A stretch of 57,876 bases of DNA from a bacterium (GTDB taxonomy: Bacteria > RUG730). The translations under genes and the position numbers were made by a program. This document shows, piece by piece, positions 17,102 to 25,732 of the stretch. The stretch lies in the NCBI GenBank assembly GCA_031551405.1, contig JAVBNQ010000008.1, positions 1 through 57,876 of the forward strand, given 5' to 3'. The notes under the pieces were generated by a model. It was not told the DNA's origin, made no database searches, and saw only the letters and a program-made list of their open reading frames with translations. Within the stretch, counting starts at the first letter, position 1. The number at the start of each line of letters is the position of its first letter.

Positions 17102-17956
17102 TTGAGTAAAATCTATTCTCTTATTAGGCGCATCCAGACACAATTAAATTTACCGGACACTTTCGCAAAGCAAATTATTCAATCTTTTCCAAATCTTTCT
17201 GAAATGATTTCCACCTTCCTCCAAACTACTCCTCAGATGCGCGAAATCATTTTGGATATCAGCAAGATCAAAGCTGAGGAAGTTATCGGGAACTTACAAA
17301 CTTTGGGTCTAATGGAAAATGGAAAAATTAAAAATGGTTACCACATAAAATTAATTGGCGATCCAATTAATTCTTCTGATAGCCAAAAACTTGAACAATT
17401 TATGCGATCTTTAGTAGATTTATATGTAAAGAAAGTTGCAAATTCTAAAATAGAGTGGGTTTTAGGGAAAACCGGACTTAGTATTAGTATGTCAAATCCG
17501 TTGCTTTTAACTCTCAAAAAATACGAAATTTTTCGCATTTCTACTACAAAATCCGGCGCTAACACTTTAATTCTTGCTGCTGGTTTTGTCACAAAAAATA
17601 TTTTAATGAATGTATTTCATTGGAAAGAACTTACAAAGAATGCTTATATTCAACTCTTGTCTGCCTCTGACCAACAACTCAACTCTCTTACTGCAGAGGA
17701 TGTAAATGAATATCTTAATTTTGTCTTCTTGAACGGTCAGGAAAACTTATGGAAAGAAATATTAAATTCGGCATTACTTCAAGCTCCTGAAGGCTTTAGT
17801 ATGCGTCAACTTGTTCTCTCACAGGAATTGGCAACTGCGCAAGCTAATATTTTGGATGTATCTCGTTTGGATTCTATTTCTCAAGGCGGATCTCTCAGAT
17901 ATGAAGAAACGGCTGTAATAGGAAATAGCGCTGTTATTGTAGTAGAAAAAATATAA
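17102..17956 (+). CDS. Giant gene 1 segment 3: conserved C-terminal domain
   Basis: Frame is open from 16994. PQMREIIL..AEEVIGNLQTLGLMENGKIK, LVDL..IEWVL, LILAAGFV and YEET align with PTIQREVII..AEIIERLQKLNLLNTGGKIR, LVDL..VKWVM, LLVGAGYI and YEET in the 4051-aa protein. Confidence 0.8.
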   Translation: MSKIYSLIRRIQTQLNLPDTFAKQIIQSFPNLSEMISTFLQTTPQMREIILDISKIKAEEVIGNLQTLGLMENGKIKNGYHIKLIGDPINSSDSQKLEQFMRSLVDLYVKKVANSKIEWVLGKTGLSISMSNPLLLTLKKYEIFRISTTKSGANTLILAAGFVTKNILMNVFHWKELTKNAYIQLLSASDQQLNSLTAEDVNEYLNFVFLNGQENLWKEILNSALLQAPEGFSMRQLVLSQELATAQANILDVSRLDSISQGGSLRYEETAVIGNSAVIVVEKI

Positions 17957-17997
17957 CTTCAGTCGCAAATTCTAATGGTGATGGATTTGATTTTAGG

Positions 17998-18192
17998 ATG
18001 GCAGAGCGCGATAAAAAAATGTTTGTTCGGCCAATAGAAATTGACATGCCTGAGCTTTCAATTACACAGCAAGCAATTGTATGGACCAAACATTTAAGCT
18101 CTCTCATGTTGAAAGACTTCAAAAAAAGACAAGCTACTAAAAAGGCACAACAAAGGCTAAAAATAATAAGCAACTTCACAAGCGCTGCTTAA
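17998..18192 (+). CDS. Giant gene 1 segment 4: extreme C-terminus ending in SAA
   Basis: Frame is open from 17929. It ends ...KIISNFTSAA, like ...KVKEIAAAA in the paralogue, and is followed by a terminator. Confidence 0.7.
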   Translation: MAERDKKMFVRPIEIDMPELSITQQAIVWTKHLSSLMLKDFKKRQATKKAQQRLKIISNFTSAA

Positions 18193-18222
18193 TCTAAAAA
18201 TATCTGTATTTTGTCAATTTTT

Positions 18223-18265
18223 AGCGGCAGGAGAAAGTTTATAATTTTCTCTTGTCGCTTTTTTT
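18223..18265 (+). terminator. Rho-independent terminator of giant gene 1
   Basis: 14-bp stem AGCGGCAGGAGAAA/TTTCTCTTGTCGCT (two G-U pairs) followed by a T tract. Confidence 0.85.
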
Positions 18266-18339
18266 ATAGAAGTTCAACTCAAAAAACCTTGAAGATTTTT
18301 TATCTCATGTCAAAGCAAAGGAAAAGTGTCCAATTATTG

Positions 18340-18455
18340 ATAAAATTGATTTAAAATTCCAGGAAATTATATTTTCGTTTTTTTGATTTTAAAAAACTTT
18401 TTTATCTTTCAGTCCTCACGATGAGATTTTCATTTTCCACGTGCACAGCGTTTTT
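18340..18455 (+). repeat. Partial copy of the intergenic repeat module
   Basis: gatttaaaatt..tatattttcgttttttt..tttcagtcctcacgatgagattttcattttccacgtgc matches about 19305-19412 and 19670-19778. Confidence 0.8.
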
Positions 18456-18646
18456 TCCCTCGAAAAATGTTTTTTTAACTTAAATAAAAAAATAATATCA
18501 AAATCCGACGTTTTTTTACTCAAAACTTCATTTTTCGCTTCAAGTCCACGCACTTTTAAGCTCGAACTTTAATTAGAGGCGTTCTTTTTCTTAGGAAAAC
18601 CAAACTAAGCGTTGGTTTTTCCTAACACCTTTCCTTAGCTTTTTCT

Positions 18647-18686
18647 CGCAAAACTCGCTTCATTCCATTTCGCTCATACAGTTGCG
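18647..18686 (-). repeat. Inverted copy of the repeat core motif
   Basis: Reverse complement is GCAACTGTATGAGC-GAAATGGAATGAA-GCGAGTTTTGCG, i.e. the AACTGT.TGAGC...GCGAGTTTT core with a different loop. Confidence 0.6.
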
Positions 18687-18823
18687 CGCACGGTTTTTTT
18701 ATTTAACCCCCGCCGGAACTTCCACCCCTTCCTAAAGTTTTTTCGGTCTACTTTTAGGAGCCTACAGACGATAAATTTTAAAAACCTTGTTAAAATTTTC
18801 TCTTTCTCGAAAGCTTTTTTTGT

Positions 18824-19135
18824 TCTTTTTATGAGTTTTTCTTTTTTCTTCTATTTTTTGTCTTTTTTTAAATGTCTGCATAGCAAAGAGAAGATGGAAA
18901 AAATTGAGAAAATCGTTTGAAATTTCTAACTGTTTGAGCCCTCACTTGTGAGTGGCGAGTTTTAGAAATTTAGATTTTTGAAAGTTTTTTCCCTATCTCT
19001 GAGGTACAGCAGACTAGCCTTTTTTGTTTCTTTTTTGGGCAATGTCAAAAAAGAAAATAAAGATTTGACCAAACTTTTATTTTTTGAAATCCGCAGGCTT
19101 TGCCAAAAATGGAATTTTTTAGCTTTATTTTTCTA
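18824..19135 (+). repeat. Dispersed intergenic hairpin repeat, copy B (complete long hairpin)
   Basis: Near-identical to 1-294. Nested inverted pairs GTCTGC/GCAGAC, GGAAAAAA/TTTTTTCC, AAAATC/GATTTT, AAATTTCTAA/TTAGAAATTT and CTCAC/GTGAG. Confidence 0.9.
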
Positions 19136-19778
19136 TTTTTATCTATCTCGAAAAGTATTTTTTTGAGGAAAACTATTCTTTATGGACGAGCAAAAAAAAT
19201 GAACAAAGCTCACAAAACTTTTGGAAAAAATAAAACAGATGTCGTTAGTCGAAAAACAATAAAGGTGAAAAATTTTTGGTTTTTACACGATTGAAAATCA
19301 AAAAAATCGGTTTAAAATTTCAGAAATTTATATTTTCGTTTTTTTCGCTTTTGGCAAGCTTTTCTATCTTTCAGTCCTCGCTATGAGACTTTCATTTTCC
19401 ACGTGCGAGGCGTTCTTTTTTGGGCAATGTCAAAAAAAAAAAATAAAATTTGACAAAACTTTTGTTTTTTTGAAATCTGTAGGCTTTGCCGAAAATGGAA
19501 ACTTTTAGCGTTATTTTTCTATTTTTATCTATCTCGAAAAGTATTTTTTGAGGAGAACTTTTCTTTATGGACGAGCTAAAAAAATGAACAAACCTAGCAA
19601 AAACTTTTGGAAAGAATAAAACAAAAAGGTTGAAAAATTTCTTATTTTATCACGACGGAAAAATAACAAAATCGATTTAAAATTTCAGAAAATATATTTT
19701 CGTTTTTTTTGATTTTATAAAACTTTTTTATTTTTCAATATTCACGATGAGATTTTCATTTTTCACGAGTGCGGCGTT
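19028..19778 (+). repeat. Diverged tandem duplication of a ~370-385-bp non-coding unit
   Basis: 19028-19412 and 19413-19778 align throughout (gggcaatgtcaaaaaa, aggctttgcc, tatctatctcgaaaagtatttttt, ctttatggacgagc, aaatttcagaaa). Confidence 0.9.
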
Positions 19779-19892
19779 ATTTTTTTCTCCTAAACTTTAA
19801 ATTAGGAGTTTATTTTACAAAATGGACGTTTTTACTTTGTTTGCCGGAATTGGACATTATCTTTTTGCTGTGCCGGATTTTTTCTTCCAAGA

Positions 19893-20756
19893 CTAACTCA
19901 ATTCCAAAATTCTCGTGATATTTTCCTCAATTCCGATAGCTAAAATATGAACGCCTTTTGCATGTTTTTTTAATTCTCGAATAATTTCCGCACATATTTT
20001 TATTCCTTCGTTAAGCTCATTTTTCGAATTTTTCAATCTTTTCAAAATTTCTGCAGGAATTTTTATGCCAGGAATTTGTGAAATTTTCTCAGCAAAATCA
20101 AACGATTTTAAAAGCATTACTCCGACTAGAATATTCGGCGAAAAATCCAACGATTGTTTGAATTTTAAATATTGTTCGATGCTAAAAATTGGCTGCGACT
20201 GAAAAAAATTTGCACCTGCTTCTTGTTTTTTTTGCAAACTCAAAATAGAAAGCTGAATAGGCGTGGCAATTGGGTTTACTACTGCTCCAATAAAAAATTC
20301 CGGCGCGCCTTTTAATTTTGTCCCTGCCGCATCAAATCCGGCTTCCAAATTCTTTACTATTTTGATAAGGCCGACGGTATCCACGTCGTAGACTGGTTTT
20401 GCAAATTCATGATCACCGATGCTCGGATGATCGCCGGATAAAATCAATATATTTTTAATTCCAAGTACGCTCGCTCCCAAAACATCAGATTGCAACGCCA
20501 AAACGTTTCTGTCTCTCGTCGTGATTTGGTAGATCGGCTCAATCCCTTGTTCAAGTATAAGTTTCGACAATGCCAAGGAACTTGTTCGCATGATCGCTCT
20601 TTGACAGTCGGTAATATTTAAGGCATCGATGTGATCTTTGAGCAAAACCGCTTTTTTCAGCATTCCCGACACGTCTGTTCCCTTTGGTGGGAAAAGCTCG
20701 GCAGTAATCACAAACTTGCCAGCGTCCAATTTTTTTTTAAGATTGCTAGGCGCCAT
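19893..20756 (-). CDS. metF: Methylenetetrahydrofolate reductase
   Basis: ITAELFPPKG, NITD, QITTRDRN..ALQSDVLGA, LSGD, AGANFFQSQPIF and GVHI motifs. Start set at the ATG at 20756 (AAAGGGA RBS; TAATG overlap with the upstream ORF). Confidence 0.92.
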   Translation of the reverse strand: MAPSNLKKKLDAGKFVITAELFPPKGTDVSGMLKKAVLLKDHIDALNITDCQRAIMRTSSLALSKLILEQGIEPIYQITTRDRNVLALQSDVLGASVLGIKNILILSGDHPSIGDHEFAKPVYDVDTVGLIKIVKNLEAGFDAAGTKLKGAPEFFIGAVVNPIATPIQLSILSLQKKQEAGANFFQSQPIFSIEQYLKFKQSLDFSPNILVGVMLLKSFDFAEKISQIPGIKIPAEILKRLKNSKNELNEGIKICAEIIRELKKHAKGVHILAIGIEENITRILELS

Positions 20757-20923
20757 TAGATTGTCCCTTTCTTTTTGTAAATTAAATAAAAAATACAAAA
20801 GTTTTCATTATAAACCTCGCATTTTCCTTTGAAAATTCCGGAACAAGGCGCATGTTTTTTGTTTTTTGGGCAGCCTTTTCTGTTTTCCAGGCTAGATTTT
20901 TTGCAGGGTTTTTGCATACGCAT
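20756..20923 (-). CDS. 55-aa Cys-rich mini-protein resembling the C-terminal part of MetV (MTHFR_C family); not in the ORF track
   Basis: Hand translation: MRMQKPCKKSSLENRKGCPKNKKHAPCSGIFKGKCEVYNENFCIFYLIYKKKGTI*. CPK..PC.G..GKCEV..C...IY matches MetV; AAGGA RBS; its stop overlaps the metF start (TAATG). Confidence 0.8.
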   Translation of the reverse strand: MRMQKPCKKSSLENRKGCPKNKKHAPCSGIFKGKCEVYNENFCIFYLIYKKKGTI

Positions 20924-20981
20924 AAAATTCCTTGTTAATACAATTTGCTTTATTCAAATTTTTTTGAATGAAATTTTATTT

Positions 20982-21929
20982 TTATTGTAAGCTCGCAGAA
21001 TTCAAAATATTGTCTATAATTAAAACTTTTATTTTATCAATATTCAATCTGGCTTCTTTTTTACCTTCAAAAATAGCAAACTGTTTATTTTTCATATCTA
21101 GGACGCTCATCTTGTTAACGTTTGGATTCAAAACAAAATCAGAACACTTAGCTACAGCGCTGTTTAGTCTCTTGCCTTGAATATACGCAACTTGGAACAA
21201 AACCTGAATGACCCTTTTTAGCTCATTTCTAGTATAATCTGACTCAATGTTAACAGTAACTATAATATCAGCTCCGAGATTTTTTGCCACATCAGCAGGA
21301 ACGTTATCAATTATCCCGCCATCAACTAAATAGCGCTGCTTATACTCGACAGGCTCAAAAACGCCGGGAATCGACGCGCTAGCGCGTACGGCTGTTGCGA
21401 CATCACCATCTCTTAGCACAACCTTTTCCCCAGTCACAATATCTGACGCAACACATGCAAATTCTATATCTAATTCGTTAAATTTTTTGCCTTTAAGAAT
21501 TGAATTTAAAAGCTTTTCGAGTTTTTTACTCTCAAAAAGTTTTTCTCTAAAAAGCAAACTAAAAATAGAAACCAGATTGAGGTCAAGTAAATCTGCAGAT
21601 TTTATATCTTCAACTGCATATGCGATTTCGTCAGATGACATTCCCGAAGCATAACATCCGCCTATAATTGCACCAATGCTTGTTCCGACTATAATATCGA
21701 TTGGAATCTTTTCTTCCTCGAAAACTTTCAAAATTCCTATATGCGCGAATCCTCTGGCCCCACCACCTCCCAAAACTAAAGCTATTTTTGGGCGTTTCTG
21801 CTTTGGCATATCAACAATATCACACCAAACCTGACTACATAAAACCTCGTCATAATTCTGGCTATAAGCTTGACTCACCGAGTAGAAAAACATAAAAATT
21901 GATAGAAAAATTAATAAAAATTTCTTCAT
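20982..21929 (-). CDS. Patatin-like phospholipase with signal peptide
   Basis: LGGGGARGFAHIG, GTSIG (catalytic Ser), RASASIPG and DGG (catalytic Asp). Confidence 0.93.
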   Translation of the reverse strand: MKKFLLIFLSIFMFFYSVSQAYSQNYDEVLCSQVWCDIVDMPKQKRPKIALVLGGGGARGFAHIGILKVFEEEKIPIDIIVGTSIGAIIGGCYASGMSSDEIAYAVEDIKSADLLDLNLVSIFSLLFREKLFESKKLEKLLNSILKGKKFNELDIEFACVASDIVTGEKVVLRDGDVATAVRASASIPGVFEPVEYKQRYLVDGGIIDNVPADVAKNLGADIIVTVNIESDYTRNELKRVIQVLFQVAYIQGKRLNSAVAKCSDFVLNPNVNKMSVLDMKNKQFAIFEGKKEARLNIDKIKVLIIDNILNSASLQ

Positions 21930-23248
21930 TAAACCTCACCGATACAGAAATATAATCTTAATAAGCTCTCGTTATATTCCATAATACAATTCAAGTAGTT
22001 TATATCTAATTGTATATAAACTTTTAGACTATCGCAAAATTTGACAAAATCGTTTGCAGTCTTTGGATTCGTATCATCGATTTTTAGATTTTGTAAATTT
22101 TCACGATAAAATTTTTCTTCTACCGCGAGTTTATTTTTTGTAAATTCGTAGTTCAAAAAAACTTTTTTCATTTCTAGTTTAATATTTTCCTCGACGTCAG
22201 ATTTTCTGATTTTTAGTTTACGCAAATTTATTTTCTTCTGATTATTACGAGCTAGCCACGCGCCTCCGTCAAAAATCGGAATATTCATATTAATCCCAAC
22301 GTGCCAATCATCTTGCCATGTCGCGCTCCTATCGTCAAGAACATCATTTGAGTATTGGTAGCTGGCGCCTAAGGCAATAACCGGATTTTTTTCCTCATTC
22401 GATATGTTTATTTCCAGGAAACCCATTTCTTCCAAAGCCTCGGATGAAATTATTTCAGGACGCAAATACAACGCTTTATTGATACAATCACTGAGGTTAA
22501 AACGAGATGAGCTAATCGGCTTAAATTCTCCGACGATATTTAGCAAACTTTCTTGTTCGATCCCAATAGTCGTAAATAATTCCATTTTTGTAGTTTCCAG
22601 GTCATTTATGTACTTTTCTAAGTCGTACTTATAATTTCTGCAAAATTCCTCGATTTTAAAAGAATCGTCAAGTGCGATATGAAAATTTTTTTTCAATTCC
22701 AAAATTTTTTCGACATATTTTTTGTTTTCCATTAAAAATTCTACCTTTTTTTTAGAAAGTAAATGTTTATAGAAAAGCAATTTTATATTCAAAAAAACTT
22801 GATTTCTAATTATTGAATACTCGCTTTTTGCTTTTTTTGTGCTTGATTCTGTTATTTTTTTTATATTTTTCGCTTTTTTCCCTGAATAAATAATTTGTGA
22901 CAAGCCAAGCTTGAAACTGTGATCGTAGTTTTTCGTCCCATCCAAAATAAAATTATAAGATCCATTGTTTAAAAGATAAAATGGCGTTTCAAGGTCATAA
23001 TGCACAAAATTCGCTAAAAAATCTATCTGCGGCAATCTAAAAGACAAAGCTTCCTCGGATTTATACTTGATGACCTCCATTTCTTCATTCGCAAGAACGA
23101 GGTTTCGATTATTGAGCTGCGCCAACTCCAGGCTGTCGCTTAAGGTCAAGTTTTTATCATTTGTATACTCGAGAATTTCTGCAAAAGTTAAAGCGCAAAA
23201 ACTTATGATTAAAATTAAAAATAAAATAAATTTCACGTTTTTTTTCAT
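21929..23248 (-). CDS. TolC-family outer-membrane efflux protein
   Basis: Signal peptide; LTLSDSLELAQLNN, LPQIDF, LSQIIYSG, RPEI and W.VGINMNIPIFDGG fit the two-repeat OEP pattern. Confidence 0.8.
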   Translation of the reverse strand: MKKNVKFILFLILIISFCALTFAEILEYTNDKNLTLSDSLELAQLNNRNLVLANEEMEVIKYKSEEALSFRLPQIDFLANFVHYDLETPFYLLNNGSYNFILDGTKNYDHSFKLGLSQIIYSGKKAKNIKKITESSTKKAKSEYSIIRNQVFLNIKLLFYKHLLSKKKVEFLMENKKYVEKILELKKNFHIALDDSFKIEEFCRNYKYDLEKYINDLETTKMELFTTIGIEQESLLNIVGEFKPISSSRFNLSDCINKALYLRPEIISSEALEEMGFLEINISNEEKNPVIALGASYQYSNDVLDDRSATWQDDWHVGINMNIPIFDGGAWLARNNQKKINLRKLKIRKSDVEENIKLEMKKVFLNYEFTKNKLAVEEKFYRENLQNLKIDDTNPKTANDFVKFCDSLKVYIQLDINYLNCIMEYNESLLRLYFCIGEV

Positions 23249-24639
23249 TGATTTCTCGACCCTTTCGACTTCATTTTAAAATTTTCAATTTGTTTTTCTA
23301 CGGACGAAAGCGACGTCCCACCATAAATTTTCTGATTATTAATAATATTTTTCGCATTCAAAATTTCATATATTTTTACATCGAATAATTTTTTATTTTT
23401 TTCAAAAAAATTATTGAATTCATCTAATCTCAGTTCGTTAAACATTTTATTATTTTCAACGCAATAATTCACGATTTGTCCTGTAATTTTGTAAGCCTCT
23501 CGAAAAGGAACTCCTCTCTCAACTAAATAATCCGCTATTGCGGTAGCATACAAAAAACCTTTATCGAGCGCGAGCTGCATATTTTGCGCTTTGATTTTTG
23601 TGGTTTTGATGGCATCCGGCAAAATTTCGAGAAATTCTAATGTAGTCGCAAGCGCTTGAAAAATATAAAATTTATCTTCCTGCAGGTCACGATTATAACT
23701 CATTGGCAAAGCCTTTAAAACGTTCATAAATGCATTCAACGAACTAATGATTCGTTGCGATTTCCCTCGAACAAGTTCCATAATATCCGGATTTTTCTTT
23801 TGCGGCATAATCGATGAACCAGTCGTATACGCGTCGTCCATTTCCAAAAAATTAAATTCCTGACTCGAATAAATAATAAAATCCTCGCTAAGCCGAGAAC
23901 AATTCACTGCAAAAACGCTAGCTGCGTACAAAAAATCCAAAACAAAATCGCGATCGCTTACTACGTCGAGGCTGTTCTCCGAAACCTGAGAAAACCCAAG
24001 TTCTTTTGCGGCTAAGTGTCTATCAACTTGATAGGGTGTTCCGGCCAATGCTCCGGCTCCAAGCGGATAAACCTGCAAAAACTCCAAAACATTTTCGAAA
24101 CGTTTTTTATCTCTGCAAAATTTGTTAGCATAACTCAAAATGTAGTGCGAAAATAAAATCGGCTGCGCTTGCTGAAGATGCGTGTATCCCGGCAATGCGA
24201 CTTCTTTGTTTTTTTCTGCAAACAAGACGAGGTTTTGGAGTAAGGCATCAATTTTTATCAAAATATTTTGGATTTCTGATCGCAAAAAAAGTTTTGTATC
24301 CAGAACCACTTGATCGTTTCTGGAGCGGCCGGTATGAAGTTTTTTTCCAACGTCTCCTGCTATTTCAGTCAGCCTTCTTTCGATTGCCATATGAATGTCT
24401 TCGTCATTTTCGCTAAACTCAAAATTGTCACTATCCAGCTCTTTTTCTATCTGATCAAGTCCATCTAATATTTTCTCCAGCTCGTCTGCTGAAATAATAC
24501 CGATTTTATGTAAACTATCAACATGAACTCGAGAGCCTTTTATATCGAATTTATAAAAATTTTTATCAAGCTCGAGAGAACTCGTAAAATCTAAAACTTT
24601 TTTATTCAAATCTTTTTTAAATCTTGCAGACCAAAGCAA
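23245..24639 (-). CDS. argH: Argininosuccinate lyase
   Basis: LWSARF, EDIHMAIE, LHTGRSRNDQV, PGYTHLQQAQP, GSSIMPQKKNPD and YNRDLQEDK motifs. Confidence 0.97.
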   Translation of the reverse strand: MLWSARFKKDLNKKVLDFTSSLELDKNFYKFDIKGSRVHVDSLHKIGIISADELEKILDGLDQIEKELDSDNFEFSENDEDIHMAIERRLTEIAGDVGKKLHTGRSRNDQVVLDTKLFLRSEIQNILIKIDALLQNLVLFAEKNKEVALPGYTHLQQAQPILFSHYILSYANKFCRDKKRFENVLEFLQVYPLGAGALAGTPYQVDRHLAAKELGFSQVSENSLDVVSDRDFVLDFLYAASVFAVNCSRLSEDFIIYSSQEFNFLEMDDAYTTGSSIMPQKKNPDIMELVRGKSQRIISSLNAFMNVLKALPMSYNRDLQEDKFYIFQALATTLEFLEILPDAIKTTKIKAQNMQLALDKGFLYATAIADYLVERGVPFREAYKITGQIVNYCVENNKMFNELRLDEFNNFFEKNKKLFDVKIYEILNAKNIINNQKIYGGTSLSSVEKQIENFKMKSKGSRNQ

Positions 24640-24680
24640 TTTTGCCTCCGAAACCTTAATTTTTTTACAATAAACGCTTA

Positions 24681-25559
24681 TTAATTGAATGGCTCGATAT
24701 GAACCAAAACATCAAATATTTGCTGCCCGTTTTTGAGAAGTTCGTCTTTAACGCACTTCGCAACGAGATGTCCTTCAGAAACCGTCATATTCGGCTCAAC
24801 CTGAATATGCACGTCAATAAACCAACCTTTGCCGAATTTTCTCGTCCTAAGACAATGATACGAATTTACGCATTTTATTGATTTTATAATTTTTTCCAAA
24901 TGTTCGATATAATCGCGAGGAGCAGTTTTATTCATGATTTCTTCATAAAAATTTTTTAGCATGTTAAAAACGAATCGATAAATAAAAAATGCAACAATTA
25001 TTGCTCCTATGTAGTCAAAAAAGGCAAATTTGGGGCTGATTTGACAAAGCAAAATCACGATAACAACAGGAATCGAGGAAAACGCGTCGCTTCTGTGGTG
25101 CCATGCATTCGACAAAACTGCCGGCGAATTTATTTCTGCAGAGGCTTTTGCTGTTTTTCTATACAGGTATTCCTTGACAATTACTGAGATAAGCGCGATA
25201 AAAAAAGTATAAAATGACGGGTGATTATACTCGCCTTTTATCCAGCTCGTGACTGCATTATAAAATATTCCTGTTGCTACAAAAGACAAACAAAAAATTA
25301 TAAAAAATGTCACAATGGTTTCAAAACGAGAATAGCCGTACGGATAGTTATCGTCGGCTTCTTTTGTCCAAATTTTTGCTCCAAAAATTACTGCGAGGTC
25401 CGTGATAAAATCAGAAATTGTGTGAAATCCATCAGCAACGAGAGACGAACTTTTTCCCACTAAACCAAAAATTATTTTTATAATAGCTAGGAAAATATTA
25501 ATTATCAATCCGAAAATCGTAATTTTTCTTATTTTTTTTATTTCGTCGTATTTTTGCAT
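24681..25559 (-). CDS. Cation diffusion facilitator (FieF-like) transporter
   Basis: S.SLVADGFHTISD, YPYGY.RFE, NAWHHRSD and DVHIQV..MTVSEGH..DVLVHIEP motifs. Start taken at MQKYDE (25559) rather than 25694. Confidence 0.92.
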   Translation of the reverse strand: MQKYDEIKKIRKITIFGLIINIFLAIIKIIFGLVGKSSSLVADGFHTISDFITDLAVIFGAKIWTKEADDNYPYGYSRFETIVTFFIIFCLSFVATGIFYNAVTSWIKGEYNHPSFYTFFIALISVIVKEYLYRKTAKASAEINSPAVLSNAWHHRSDAFSSIPVVIVILLCQISPKFAFFDYIGAIIVAFFIYRFVFNMLKNFYEEIMNKTAPRDYIEHLEKIIKSIKCVNSYHCLRTRKFGKGWFIDVHIQVEPNMTVSEGHLVAKCVKDELLKNGQQIFDVLVHIEPFN

Positions 25560-25732
25560 TTTTATTTCGCCAAAACTAATTTTTTGAGAATATAATTTTA
25601 TTTTTTTAATTATATAGAATTTTGCAAAAAATTTAAATAAAATCGTGATTTTGTTAATTTTTAAAAATCTAAAAAATGGAGCTAAATTTGGCATCTAACC
25701 AGACTTTTTGTCCAGTCAACGATAAAAATGCC

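Larger units (their letters stand above)
12199..18192 (+). other. Giant secreted protein gene 1 (~1998 aa when rejoined), interrupted by three -1 frameshifts (recoded, pseudogenised or mis-assembled)
   Basis: Four consecutive ORFs, each shifted by -1, with overlapping open frames. The first ORF is homologous to the N-terminus, and the last two to the C-terminus, of the intact 4051-aa protein. A terminator follows 18192. Confidence 0.85.

Noticed and set aside
12199..18192. Stop-codon reassignment or readthrough as the cause of the split giant gene
   Set aside because: Consecutive segments are in different frames, so the breaks are frameshifts rather than in-frame stops. Conserved genes end normally in TAA, TAG or TGA.
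12199..18192. Four independent genes in an operon
   Set aside because: The downstream frames are open well before their nominal starts, and the pieces map in order onto the N- and C-termini of one intact paralogue.
18270..19850. CRISPR array or RNA gene in the long intergenic region
   Set aside because: Repeats are long, diverged and lack regular unique spacers; no cas genes, tRNA cloverleaf or rRNA similarity seen.
20760..20940. SAM riboswitch upstream of metF
   Set aside because: No SAM-I core recognised; the region is explained by the 55-aa MetV-like ORF.
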